A stretch of 64,000 nucleotides of DNA, from assembly GCA_977017645.1 (NCBI GenBank), contig OZ360243.1, positions 26,350,001-26,414,000 on the forward strand, read 5' to 3'. The stretch comes from Torpedo marmorata (taxonomy: Eukaryota). The position numbers and the translations under genes are program-made. The notes under the pieces are model-generated. The model was not told the DNA's origin and did no database searches. It was given only the letters and a program-made list of their open reading frames with translations. Below, piece after piece: positions 53,701-60,308 of this stretch (positions within the stretch are counted from its first letter, which is position 1; the number at the start of each line of letters is the position of its first letter).

Positions 53701-56700
53701 AGAAGGCGATCTACAATGTGAACAAGTTAGCTGGTTAGCTTTGATTTTATGTACACCTTTTACAAAGGAAAAGACAGTCATTCAAGATGAAATATGTTGT
53801 GTTCTGTCAAAAATTATTGTAATGTGTCTGGAAATTACCTGCTAAAAATCAATAATTTTAAAGCTTTTTATAGGATAACTTTGCTGCACTTTATGATTCA
53901 GATTTCAGATTTATTGTCAGAGTACATACATGACATCACATACAACCCTGAGATTCTTTTTTCCTGCGGGCGCAGCAGAATTACCACTAATTGTTCGTGC
54001 AAAAGTAAACTGTACACAGCATAAACGTGTAAACAATCAAAAGAACTGCCAACAGGTAATGAATGAAACTGAAAATGGAACTGGCTGTGCAATACAGACA
54101 GAGCAAAGAAAAATCAATAAAATGCACGAGTAAGAGTCCTTAAATGAGTTCTGATTTGACTTTCTCGTTGAGGATTCTGATGGTAGAGGCGTAGCAGCTG
54201 TTCGTAAACCTGGTGGTATAAGTCTTGCGGCACCTATACCTCTCTCCTGATGGCAGCAGCGAGAACAGAGTGCGTGCTGGGTGGTGTGGGTCTTTGATGA
54301 TTGCTGCTGCTCTGTAGATATACTCAATAGTGGGGAGGGTTTTGCCAGTAATGTCTTGGGCTGTGTCCACTACCTTTTGGAGGGCTTTACGCTCAGGAGT
54401 ATTGGTGTTCCCATACCAGACCGTGATGCAGCCGGTCAGCATACTTTCCACCACACATCTGTAGAAATTTGCCAGGGTTTCTGGTGTCATACCAAACCTC
54501 TTCAAGCTCCTGAGGAAGTAGAGGCACTGACGTGCTTTCTTCACGATGCCATTGGTGTGTTGGGTCCAGGAAAGATCCTCCGAGATAGTGACTCCCAAGA
54601 ACCTAAATTTGCTCACCTCTCCACCCCTGATCCCCCAATGATCACTGTATTGTATACCTCTGGCTTTCCTTTCCTGAAGTCAACAATCAGCTCCTTAGTT
54701 TTGGTGACATTGAGTGCAAGGTTCTTTTTGGTGCACCATTCAGCCAGGTTTTCAATCTCCATCCTGTATGCTGACTCATCCCCTTCCTTTATACAACCTA
54801 CTACCGTGGTATCATCGGCAAATTTGTAGATGGTGTTATTGTCATTCCGAGCTACACAGTCGTAGGTGTAAAGTGAGTAGAGCAGGGAGCTAAGAACACA
54901 GCCCTGTGGTGCTCCGGTACTGATGGAGGTTGTGGAGGAGAAGTTCTTACTCACTGCCATCAGATTCCTGAATAATCAATGAACCAAAGACACTGCCTTA
55001 CTTTTCGTGCACTATTGTTTATAATTTTTTATAGTAATGTCGTAAGATGGTTAATATGAATATTAATTGCACTATGATGCTGCCGCAAAACACCGAATTT
55101 CATGACTTGTTCATGACAATAAATTCTGATTCTGATTCTGATCTTCACTGATTGTGGTCTGGAGGTGAGGAAATCCACGATCAAATTACGCAGTGGGGTG
55201 TTAACTCCCAGGACTTGGAGTTTGCTTATCAGTTTTGAGGGGATGATCGTGTTAAATGCCGAACTGGAGTCAATAAAGAGCATTCTGATGTATGCATCTT
55301 TGCTGTCCAGGTGTTCTAGGGCTTTGTGTAGGGCCAGTGAGATGGCATCACTGTAGACCTGTTGCCGCGATAGGCGAACTGGAGTGGAACATGTCACTGC
55401 TCAGACAGGAGCTGATATGCTTCATCACCAGCCTTTCAAAACACTTCATCACTGTTGATGTAAGTGCTACTGGTCGATAGTCGTTAAGGCAGGTTACTGC
55501 ACTCTTCTTGGGCACCGGTATCATTGACGCCTGTTTGGAACAGGTGGGTACCATGCCCTGCTGGAGTGAGATATTTAATATATCCGTGAATACCTTGGTA
55601 AGTTGATCAGCACAGATCTTTAATACTCGGCCAGGTACTCCATCCGGACCGGATGCTTTCCTCGGATTCACTCTCCTGAAGGCAGCACGCACTTCATCCT
55701 CAGATACGGACAGGGTGGAATCGTCATGGGACGTGGGGGTGCGGAGGGGTGGTTCTTCGCTGTTACTATCATAAAATTGGGCGTAGAAGGCGTTGAGTTC
55801 CTCTGGGAGAGAAGCTTTGCCGTCAGCTACTTTACCGGATTTGGTTTTGTAACAGGTTATGGCATTCAGACCCTGCCATAGCTGTCGGGTGTCCCTTATT
55901 GTTTCCATTTTCACGCGGAATCTCCACTTCGCCCAGGAGATAGCTTTCCGGAGGTCATACTTGCTCCTGCTGTACTGATCTGGATCTCCGAACTTAAATG
56001 CCTGCTCCGACCATCGGTTGTACAACCATCTCAAATAATGAATGTTCTTGCTCAATAGATTATTTCAAAAGAGAATTGAGAAATATAATCAAGGATGTCA
56101 GCCACAAATAGAAGCTTAATTTAACATTTTCACCTTGCCATCCTAAAATTAAATGAACACATTCATTCCCAAAAGTACAATGCAGTTGTTGAACAGGGTC
56201 AAATTGTATCGACTGATAGCTGGAATTTCTGAAGGGAGCTGCCAACTCTCAGCTATTCACGCCATAGCTTGTCTCTGACTGCTTGTACTGAATTTGCAGT
56301 TGAAGAATGGAGATGTACTCCAGAAGTCCAGTTGCACTTAGCATACAACTCCCAGCTTTACAGAAGGGAAGGTTGGTAAATGAACAGTAATCTGGGACCC
56401 CATCGATCAAGCTAAATGTAGCTAAGTGTGTTCTTGTTCTTCAATGTTTTTATTAACTTTTTAAAGTTTCTTTTTAATTACATGTATTTGTTATTTATAT
56501 TTTACATTTTTAAAATAATTCATTTTGAACATATATTTAAATCTAATTGAGTATTTTTAAATGTAGCTGAATTATCAGATAACTGCTTCAGACTGTCAGG
56601 GTTTCTAAGGCTGGAACCTTGGGATGTGCAGCCTTAGAACTACTTGTCACTCACAGCCTGTCCCTCCTTGTGAGATGCCCTTTGGGTACAGGGGGCCTCT

Positions 56701-59700
56701 CTGCATGTGTGAAAAGTACATGTGTGTGAAGTCCGTGGACAAGGTCCAGAACGCTCCTTTACTCAATAAAATGCTTTCTCAAAGCAATTAGAACCATAAG
56801 TAACTGTTAATTTTTATTACCTGCTTGACATCCACATGTATTAATGCATTGATCACACTGCTGTTGAGAATTTGGATCAGCGCAGGTTGGCATACAGGCA
56901 GGACCACACTCTTGGTAAACCTGATTCCCTGGACAGTTGGGCCGTGCTGAAAAGGAGAATATGATGATTTTATAATTTGAACTACTCAGCATTATAAAGC
57001 AACAGAAGGTAATTACTAAAATTTTGTTTGTCAGTTTGCTGAGGCAAGAAATGAAGCAGATCTATTTAATTTTAAAGGTTTAATTCAAGGTATGACTGGC
57101 CTCAGAGGTAACTTACTGCATTGATGAGAATCCCTCCATGTATTCCAAAGTGATGGATTTACATGAGCACATTGCTTTGATGCTTTTTCAAAGGTGGCAC
57201 AATGGCATTGTGGAGCTCCTTTACAAGCACAAGCATCCATCTGACACATCTTCATGAATTTATTGTTGATGACAGAAGAAGAACACATGGCGAAAACTTC
57301 TGGGATTTTTGAACACATCTGAGTAAGAAAACAAATTAATATGCTGAAACATTATCTGCCACACAATATATCCACAGAAGAAACAAGGAGCAATATTTTC
57401 CTGCTGTAAGGATGATCATTGATCATCAATAAGATTCCTTTCAGTGCAACACAATCATAATGCGTAATAAAACTTATAGCCATTTTTTTTGTTAGAGAAA
57501 TTATTTTACATAATTTCAGTCAACAACTGAGAGAGATTGGGCAAACTTCGGTGGTTTTCTCTGGAGTGTAGGAAAACAAGGGGAGTCATGCGAGAGCTTT
57601 ATAAAATCACAACAAGCATTGGTAGGGTGGACAGTCAAAATCTTTTCCCCAGGCCAAAGCGTCACATACTAAAGGTGCAATGCACAAAAGTGCTGGAGAA
57701 ACTCAGCAGATCATTCAGCATCTATAGGAAACAAAGAGTAACCAATGTTTCGGGTCTGAGCCCTTTGTCAAGGTATACTAAAGGTCATGTGCTTAAGGTA
57801 AGGAGAGAAACTTTAAGGGAGATGTGCTGGGCAAATATATTATACATATATATTATACTCCTGGAACGGTTGCCCGGAGTAGTGGTGGGAGCAGTTACAA
57901 TCATAGCATTTAAGAGGCTTCTAGAGAGACATATGAATATGAAGTGGATGGAGGGGTATGTCTCAAGTGCAAGCAGCAAATTCTTAAGTTTGATTTGGAC
58001 ATCATGTTCGACACAGACACCTGGGCCAAAGGGCCAGTTCCTGCACTGTACTGTTCTATGTTTTAAATATTTTGCTCCACACAAACTTCCACCTTCCTCA
58101 CTTTAGCTATTCTTAATAATCTATCCTATTCCTTTCTTCTTCATCTATTTATCTACGTTTCTTTCAAATCCATATTCAACCTTCATGTCAACCATTCTTG
58201 TCCCATATTCTCATCACTCTGATTTCAATGTAGAAAGTTAATTGGCGATGAAGCCATCACACAATTCACAAAACAAAATCTAACATGTCTGAGGCAAAAT
58301 AATAGATAAACTGAACCAATGTTTAAAATATAATGAGTGAACTGAAAAACAAGTGGCTCCTTACGAGAAATGGAAAGAACTGTATCAGTTATTTACCCCA
58401 TCCATTTGCTGAGAAATTTGAAAGCATAATACAAGTAAACAAGTGAAAAGAAACCCTAAATTAGTAGTTAAAGGGGGGTTTACAAACATGAATAAACATT
58501 AATAAAGCTCCATAGAAGCGAACTGTGGTGTCTTTCAAGACTACCATGAGACCTGCTCTCACTATTCAGAAATGATAAGGATACGAGTTGTAATTTTAAA
58601 AAAATAATTAGTGACATCATTTTTTTGTTGCAAGGTGATATGATCACAGAACTAGCATCAGTTCATGAAATTAGGTTATGTGCACTGAAACAGGAAACCT
58701 GAAAAAAAAATAGACTTTTCAAAACTTGTGTTTTGGTGAACTGATTTCTGAATACTTCTGGTGCAATGTGACTTACATCATTTGATTCACAGGCAGCTTC
58801 ATCTGGGAACACAGTCTTGCAGGTACTACCTGTATCCAGGTTGGCCTGATAGGTGAATTCCAAATCTACACCAAAAAGAATGTTCCAGTCACCAATTCCA
58901 GAAATAATGTGTTACACAAAACTTGAAAGAATTAGGCAAAACCTTAAGAATGGTTAGGTTATAGAGTGATAAAAAATGGTATATATATTTTTTTACCATA
59001 AGTTGTTGAGATACTTTCATCAAAAGGTCCACAAAGGCCACATAGTTTCCTATGATATTGAACATCCACAGTTAACTGAAAAAAAAAAATTAAAACGTGA
59101 TATGAAAATTATGTGTCCTGGTCTCTCAAAGGTGTCTTCCATTTAAACTCAACAAAAGTTCTTCCCAATCTGTGTCAATGACAGCAAGGATAGAAGATAG
59201 AATTTAAATTAATCTATAAATTGTTTTAAACATAAATTGATTGTTCATACAGAATAAAAGAAGTGTTCTTCAAACTTTCTTACCGACAATGCATTGTTGT
59301 AATCCCAGATCAGTGATATAGTGTGCCTCTTGTTTGTAAAATGTACACCAACTCCATATTGCTGAATATTGATCAATCTGTCATTATATGGTAATGAAAC
59401 TCTATGGAGGAAAAGCAGTAATGATTGAAAATTTAATTGATGTCCAAAATGTTGACATCGACCAGCACTCAAATTTTGGTAATGCCATTATTTTAAATAT
59501 ATTTCTTCGGAATTCTTTCCGCATTGGTACATTTGCAGACATTCTAAATCTTTTTCATACAAAGGCAATAGTTTCAATAAAGTCCCCAAAAGAATTTCCA
59601 TTCTGAATTATTCAACTATGATAAGTGAAATTGGAGCTGACATCATCACAATTATTTGAAAAATTATGGAGTTAATGGACTCAAAAAATCCTGTCATCTT

Positions 59701-60308
59701 TGAGGGGAGACAGCAGATAGACTGGGATTTGAGGCTGTTTAGAATACAGGACAGCAACGGGTTCAGCCAATTTTCCATCCCATTCAATGCTTAGCCATTG
59801 TTGGTTATTTCAATTACAATTAATATCAAAATTAATTCTGTGAAACTTACACTTTCTGTTTAACCTTGATTGTACCATTCGCCACAACGATCAAAGCACC
59901 ATCAATTTTCATGAAAATGTGCTCTAAATTGCCTGTTAAGCCACGTCGAATCTCCACATTAAAATCTTCTGTCTCATCTTGGCAGTTGCGACTCAGAATG
60001 TAGTTACAATTTGATGTGAAATGATAAAATTCATCGGTGAAAGTCTTGAAAGCTCCATGCCCCCATGTGCTGCAGGTATCTGAAAAAATGGAAAGAAATC
60101 AACCACTTTCATTGTTGTACATAACACATGAATGTATCTTATGATAAAAATCAGTATTGATTTTTATCAATATGTAAAGACAAAAAGTAATTGTGTATTC
60201 ATGTATTTTGAAATGAAAAGAATATATACTTACGAGGTTGTTCGCCTGATGCGTCTGAAATATCCCGTGCAAATCTTAAAGTTTGTGTGACAGCAGACCC
60301 TTTCAAAT
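2626..60308 (-). CDS. muc19: Multi-exon secreted gel-forming mucin, mucin-19-like (D1-D2-D'-D3 assemblies then micro-exon-encoded PTS region); 5' exon(s) unresolved, 3' end outside window
   Basis: 41 GT-AG exons join in one open frame. Translations such as [70 protein letters not shown] and [20 protein letters not shown] closely match MUC19 as I recall it. Orthology needs BLAST or synteny. Confidence 0.85.
2698..5238 (+). mobile_element. L1/Tx1-clade LINE, 5'-truncated, with uninterrupted ORF2 remainder (RT and C-terminal zinc knuckle)
   Basis: 720-aa ORF 2793-4955: [26 protein letters not shown]...H..W.C; poly(A) at about 5210-5240. Confidence 0.96.
5239..5467. repeat. Right copy of a perfect 229-bp direct repeat flanking the L1
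   Basis: Starts right at the L1 poly(A); identical to 2469-2697. Confidence 0.95.
5396..5440 (-). CDS. muc19: PTS micro-exon type B ([15 protein letters not shown]), copy 1
   Basis: 45 nt, caaag/gtgtgt; keeps its native upstream intron. Confidence 0.65.
5589..5636 (-). CDS. muc19: PTS micro-exon ([16 protein letters not shown])
   Basis: 48 nt, tgcag/gttagt. Confidence 0.78.
6055..6111 (-). CDS. muc19: PTS micro-exon type C ([19 protein letters not shown])
   Basis: 57 nt, weak tgaag acceptor, gtgagt donor. Confidence 0.72.
7606..7659 (-). CDS. muc19: PTS micro-exon type D ([18 protein letters not shown])
   Basis: 54 nt, tgcag/gtaact. Confidence 0.85.
8186..8225 (-). pseudogene. Truncated PTS pseudo-exon ([12 protein letters not shown])
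   Basis: tttacag acceptor and the shared flank aaccaatcattacaccatca are retained, but the 3' half and donor are missing and a stop follows. Confidence 0.6.
8975..9022 (-). CDS. muc19: PTS micro-exon type B ([16 protein letters not shown])
   Basis: 48 nt, tccag/gtgagt. Confidence 0.83.
9581..10200. mobile_element. DNA-transposon remnants (hAT-like left end caggcgtggccaaa, plus pogo-like gtcgactattacacgcgtata motifs)
   Basis: Interrupts a duplicated intron block that resumes near 14007; no matching right TIR seen. Confidence 0.4.
10212..10355. mobile_element. 144-bp MITE with perfect 29-bp terminal inverted repeats
   Basis: cagtggcggattaaccattaggctgagta ... tactcagcctaatggttaatccgccactg; no TSD visible. 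Confidence 0.8.
10430..10530 (+). mobile_element. tRNA-derived V-SINE (HE1-like) fragment
   Basis: B box ggttcgaatcc followed by gtaaggagtttgtacgttctccccgtgtctgc, as in 27083-27322. Confidence 0.75.
10530..13490 (+). mobile_element. Near full-length Rex1/Babar-type LINE (APE plus RT, several stops and frameshifts)
   Basis: [51 protein letters not shown]; 3' end caataaa(ttctga)n. Confidence 0.9.
14174..14227 (-). CDS. muc19: PTS micro-exon type A ([18 protein letters not shown])
   Basis: 54 nt, ttcag/gtgagt. Confidence 0.87.
14702..15238 (-). mobile_element. CR1 LINE 3' fragment
   Basis: [22 protein letters not shown]; tail (cttatgtt)n. Confidence 0.85.
15376..15429 (-). CDS. muc19: PTS micro-exon type D ([18 protein letters not shown])
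   Basis: 54 nt, tccag/gtgagt. Confidence 0.85.
15858..15914 (-). CDS. muc19: PTS micro-exon type C ([19 protein letters not shown])
   Basis: 57 nt, tgcag/gtgagt. Confidence 0.87.
16931..16984 (-). CDS. muc19: PTS micro-exon type A ([18 protein letters not shown])
   Basis: 54 nt, ttcag/gtgagt. Confidence 0.87.
17137..18056 (-). mobile_element. Rex1/Babar-type LINE 3' fragment
   Basis: [22 protein letters not shown]; tail aataaa(cttga)n; interrupts an intron block that is intact at 14361-14400. Confidence 0.85.
18468..18596. pseudogene. Fold-back (inverted) pair of broken PTS micro-exon copies
   Basis: Arms of about 60 bp, atgatggtgt(a/c)atcatttt..cac(a/t)gaaga..ctga..tgag, in opposite orientations; no usable minus-strand donor or acceptor. 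Confidence 0.75.
18820..19184. mobile_element. Tigger/Tc1-mariner-like MITE
   Basis: TA|cagtaaaagtc...gacttttactg|TA. Confidence 0.75.
19276..19332 (-). CDS. muc19: PTS micro-exon type C ([19 protein letters not shown])
   Basis: 57 nt, tgcag/gtgaga. Confidence 0.85.
20030..20077 (-). CDS. muc19: PTS micro-exon type B ([16 protein letters not shown])
   Basis: 48 nt, tccag/gtaagt. Confidence 0.85.
20309..20362 (-). CDS. muc19: PTS micro-exon type A ([18 protein letters not shown]); pyrimidine tract displaced by a LINE insertion
   Basis: 54 nt, ttgag acceptor, gtgagt donor. Confidence 0.55.
20370..21503 (+). mobile_element. Rex1/Babar-type LINE fragment inserted in a micro-exon splice acceptor
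   Basis: [25 protein letters not shown]; tcaaga repeat at 20364-20369 and 21504-21509. Confidence 0.85.
22303..22395 (-). CDS. muc19: First PTS exon ([31 protein letters not shown])
   Basis: aacag/gtagag, 93 nt, phase 1-1. Confidence 0.85.
22690..23255 (+). mobile_element. Rex1/Babar-type LINE 3' fragment
   Basis: [20 protein letters not shown]; caataaag plus (atct)n tail. Confidence 0.75.
23749..23782. repeat. (TG)n microsatellite
   Basis: Visible dinucleotide run with one interruption. Confidence 0.9.
24281..24312 (-). CDS. muc19: Mucin exon, end of D3 assembly ([11 protein letters not shown])
   Basis: tacag/gtgagt, 32 nt, phase 2-1. Confidence 0.85.
25197..26060. mobile_element. Non-autonomous pogo-family element sharing ends with 31030-32895 and carrying a GC-rich minisatellite cargo
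   Basis: TA|ccgtatatttcggcgtataagtcgac ... gtcgacttatacgccgaaatatacgg|TA; repeated gtcgacttatacgcc subterminal motifs. Confidence 0.92.
25468..25745 (+). repeat. 21-bp minisatellite, about 13 copies (gagaacgagctccccgctcctgcccgg-type)
   Basis: Tandem units; read as (ENELPAPAR)n in a spurious ORF. Confidence 0.85.
26137..26278 (-). CDS. muc19: Mucin exon ([32 protein letters not shown]...DCEE)
   Basis: ttcag/gtaaag. Confidence 0.93.
27083..27322 (+). mobile_element. tRNA-derived V-SINE (HE1-like)
   Basis: A box tagcgtagcgg, B box ggttcggatcc, V-domain gggtgctccagtttcctccca, CR1-like tail gggcctgttagcatgctgtat. Confidence 0.85.
28273..28398 (-). CDS. muc19: Mucin exon, TIL3 ([21 protein letters not shown]...AVLE)
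   Basis: tgtag/gtgctc; CDYYN...WHY.PCG motif. Confidence 0.92.
28536..29210. mobile_element. hAT-type non-autonomous element with 8-bp TSD, carrying the same GC-rich cargo
   Basis: atttggag at 28528-28535 and 29211-29218; ends taggggactacaaa / tttggggacccctg. Confidence 0.85.
29619..29775 (-). CDS. muc19: Mucin exon, C8 domain 3 ([37 protein letters not shown]...WRTPDLC)
   Basis: gtcag/gtaagt. Confidence 0.95.
29857..30096 (-). CDS. muc19: Mucin exon, VWD3 end ([17 protein letters not shown]...FGNSWK...[16 protein letters not shown]...CHKM)
   Basis: taaag/gtaaga; CGLCGNF. Confidence 0.95.
31030..32895 (-). mobile_element. Full-length pogo-superfamily (POGK/Passer-like) DNA transposon
   Basis: TIRs cc(a/g)tatattttgg(t/c)gtataagtcga, TA TSD, transposase ORF inside. 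Confidence 0.93.
31308..32645 (-). pseudogene. pogo-type DDD transposase (Brinker-like DBD, CENP-B HTH, DDE_1, acidic tail) with one in-frame stop
   Basis: [40 protein letters not shown]; [21 protein letters not shown] continues in the same frame. Confidence 0.9.
32979..33114. repeat. Short fold-back element with 20-bp inverted ends
   Basis: aaaacagaaaatgctggaaa ... tttccagcattttctgtttt; resembles Penelope-terminus-derived repeats. Confidence 0.6.
33353..35726 (+). mobile_element. L1/Tx1-clade LINE, 5'-truncated, 15-bp TSD, ORF2 with one stop and one frameshift
   Basis: ORFs 33359-34225, 34250-35254 and 35185-35475 homologous to 2793-4955; agagatccacagaaa at 33338-33352 and 35727-35741. Confidence 0.95.
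36471..37500 (-). mobile_element. Rex1/Babar-type LINE 3' fragment
   Basis: [36 protein letters not shown]. Confidence 0.88.
37752..37940 (-). CDS. muc19: Mucin exon, VWD3 (...[26 protein letters not shown]...RWK)
   Basis: tacag/gtatgt. Confidence 0.93.
38082..38186 (-). CDS. muc19: Mucin exon, VWD3 ([35 protein letters not shown])
   Basis: tttag/gtacat. Confidence 0.93.
38698..39552. mobile_element. Tigger-like MITE carrying the shared GC-rich cargo in reverse orientation
   Basis: TA|caggtcgagtaccccgtatccgaa ... ttcggatatggggtactgtacctg. Confidence 0.82.
40071..40209 (-). CDS. muc19: Mucin exon, VWD3 start ([10 protein letters not shown]...[25 protein letters not shown])
   Basis: tacag/gtaaga; [11 protein letters not shown] motif. 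Confidence 0.95.
40301..40449 (-). CDS. muc19: Mucin exon, D-prime ([30 protein letters not shown]...DCNK)
   Basis: taaag/gtaaga, phase 0-2. Confidence 0.92.
40483..40888 (-). mobile_element. Rex1/Babar-type LINE 3' end
   Basis: Same 3'UTR as 53897 onward (gatttattgtcagagtacatacatgacatc). Confidence 0.85.
41270..42250 (-). mobile_element. Degenerate Penelope-like element
   Basis: Remnant [15 protein letters not shown], plus a degenerate ctgatg.aggg..cct aaaac motif near 41321-41354. Confidence 0.55.
41831..41995. repeat. Perfect 53-bp tandem repeat, 3 copies
   Basis: ttataggactaaggatgagaggaggtgtggtcaaggtagctgtcagtgtgagt at 41831, 41884 and 41937. Confidence 0.95.
42430..43050 (+). mobile_element. 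Degenerate RTE-like LINE 3' fragment
   Basis: LKSCLKKC...; C-terminal [10 protein letters not shown] zinc-finger remnant. Confidence 0.5.
43224..43309 (-). CDS. muc19: Mucin exon, D-prime TIL ([29 protein letters not shown])
   Basis: attag/gtaagt, phase 1-0. Confidence 0.85.
43417..43475 (-). CDS. muc19: Mucin exon ([20 protein letters not shown])
   Basis: ctcag/gtaaac, phase 2-1. Confidence 0.87.
43566..43812 (-). CDS. muc19: Mucin exon, TIL2-E ([22 protein letters not shown]...[12 protein letters not shown]...)
   Basis: gtcag/gtaagt. Confidence 0.93.
44357..44825 (+). mobile_element. Rex1/Babar-type LINE 3' fragment
   Basis: Homologous to the reverse complement of 17140-17600; ends aataaacttga. 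Confidence 0.8.
44915..47862 (+). mobile_element. CR1 LINE, internally deleted (ORF1 remnant plus ORF2 RT remnant)
   Basis: [31 protein letters not shown]; [17 protein letters not shown]; [13 protein letters not shown]; 3' tail ggcctaattc..cctatgtctatgg. Confidence 0.88.
48504..48630 (-). CDS. muc19: Mucin exon, C8 domain 2 ([42 protein letters not shown])
   Basis: tttag/gtatgt. Confidence 0.93.
49474..49568 (-). CDS. muc19: Mucin exon, C8 domain 2 ([32 protein letters not shown])
   Basis: tgcag/gtaagt. Confidence 0.92.
50865..51020 (-). CDS. muc19: Mucin exon, VWD2 end ([22 protein letters not shown]...FSNSWK...)
   Basis: tgtag/gtaatt; GLCG.FN motif. Confidence 0.93.
52521..52658 (-). CDS. 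muc19: Mucin exon, VWD2 ([33 protein letters not shown]...)
   Basis: ctcag/gtacaa, phase 1-1. Confidence 0.92.
52753..52825 (-). CDS. muc19: Mucin exon, VWD2 ([24 protein letters not shown])
   Basis: tctag/gtaaat, phase 0-1. Confidence 0.88.
52912..53004 (-). CDS. muc19: Mucin exon, VWD2 ([31 protein letters not shown])
   Basis: cacag/gtacaa, phase 0-0. Confidence 0.85.
53139..53277 (-). CDS. muc19: Mucin exon, E module and VWD2 start ([32 protein letters not shown]...)
   Basis: tttag/gtacgt; TTFDG motif. Confidence 0.9.
53357..53477 (-). CDS. muc19: Mucin exon ([40 protein letters not shown])
   Basis: ttcag/gtaatg, phase 1-2. Confidence 0.9.
53897..56010 (-). mobile_element. Rex1/Babar-type LINE (RT portion) with a nested insertion
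   Basis: ORFs 55348-56055, 55029-55397, 54613-54960 and 54140-54616 carry RT motifs. Confidence 0.9.
54953..55140 (+). mobile_element. 3' tail of the 10530-13490 LINE family, nested in opposite orientation
   Basis: Near-identical to 13308-13488; (ttctga)n tail. Confidence 0.9.
56821..56946 (-). CDS. muc19: Mucin exon, TIL domain 1 ([21 protein letters not shown]...CGC)
   Basis: ttcag/gtaata; TIL cysteine pattern. Confidence 0.93.
57117..57318 (-). CDS. muc19: Mucin exon, C8 domain 1 (MCSKIPEVF...[19 protein letters not shown]...WRDSHQC)
   Basis: ctcag/gtaagt; C8 cysteine pattern. Confidence 0.92.
57530..58062 (+). mobile_element. CR1 LINE 3' fragment
   Basis: FSLE.R..RG...YKI; GHVLKVR; tail gggccagttcctgcactgtactgttctatg. 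Confidence 0.75.
57677..57774 (-). mobile_element. 98-bp Penelope-terminus-derived insertion (hammerhead-like motif plus tail) with 11-bp TSD
   Basis: Reverse complement resembles 2090-2200; atactaaaggt at 57666-57676 and 57775-57785. Confidence 0.75.
58777..58865 (-). CDS. muc19: Mucin exon ([30 protein letters not shown])
   Basis: gtag/gtaagt, phase 1-0. Confidence 0.85.
58997..59075 (-). CDS. muc19: Mucin exon, VWD1 CGLCG motif ([26 protein letters not shown])
   Basis: ttcag/gtaaaa; CGLCG. Confidence 0.92.
59284..59401 (-). CDS. muc19: Mucin exon, VWD1 ([16 protein letters not shown]...[12 protein letters not shown])
   Basis: catag/gtaag, phase 2-0. Confidence 0.92.
59851..60079 (-). 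CDS. muc19: Mucin exon, VWD1 start ([33 protein letters not shown]...)
   Basis: tttcag/gtaagt; VWD motif CSTWG...F.TF. Confidence 0.92.
60234..60308 (-). CDS. muc19: Mucin exon, N-terminal pro-region ([25 protein letters not shown])
   Basis: ctag acceptor, gtaagt donor, 75 nt, phase 1-1, in frame with the VWD1 exon. Confidence 0.7.
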
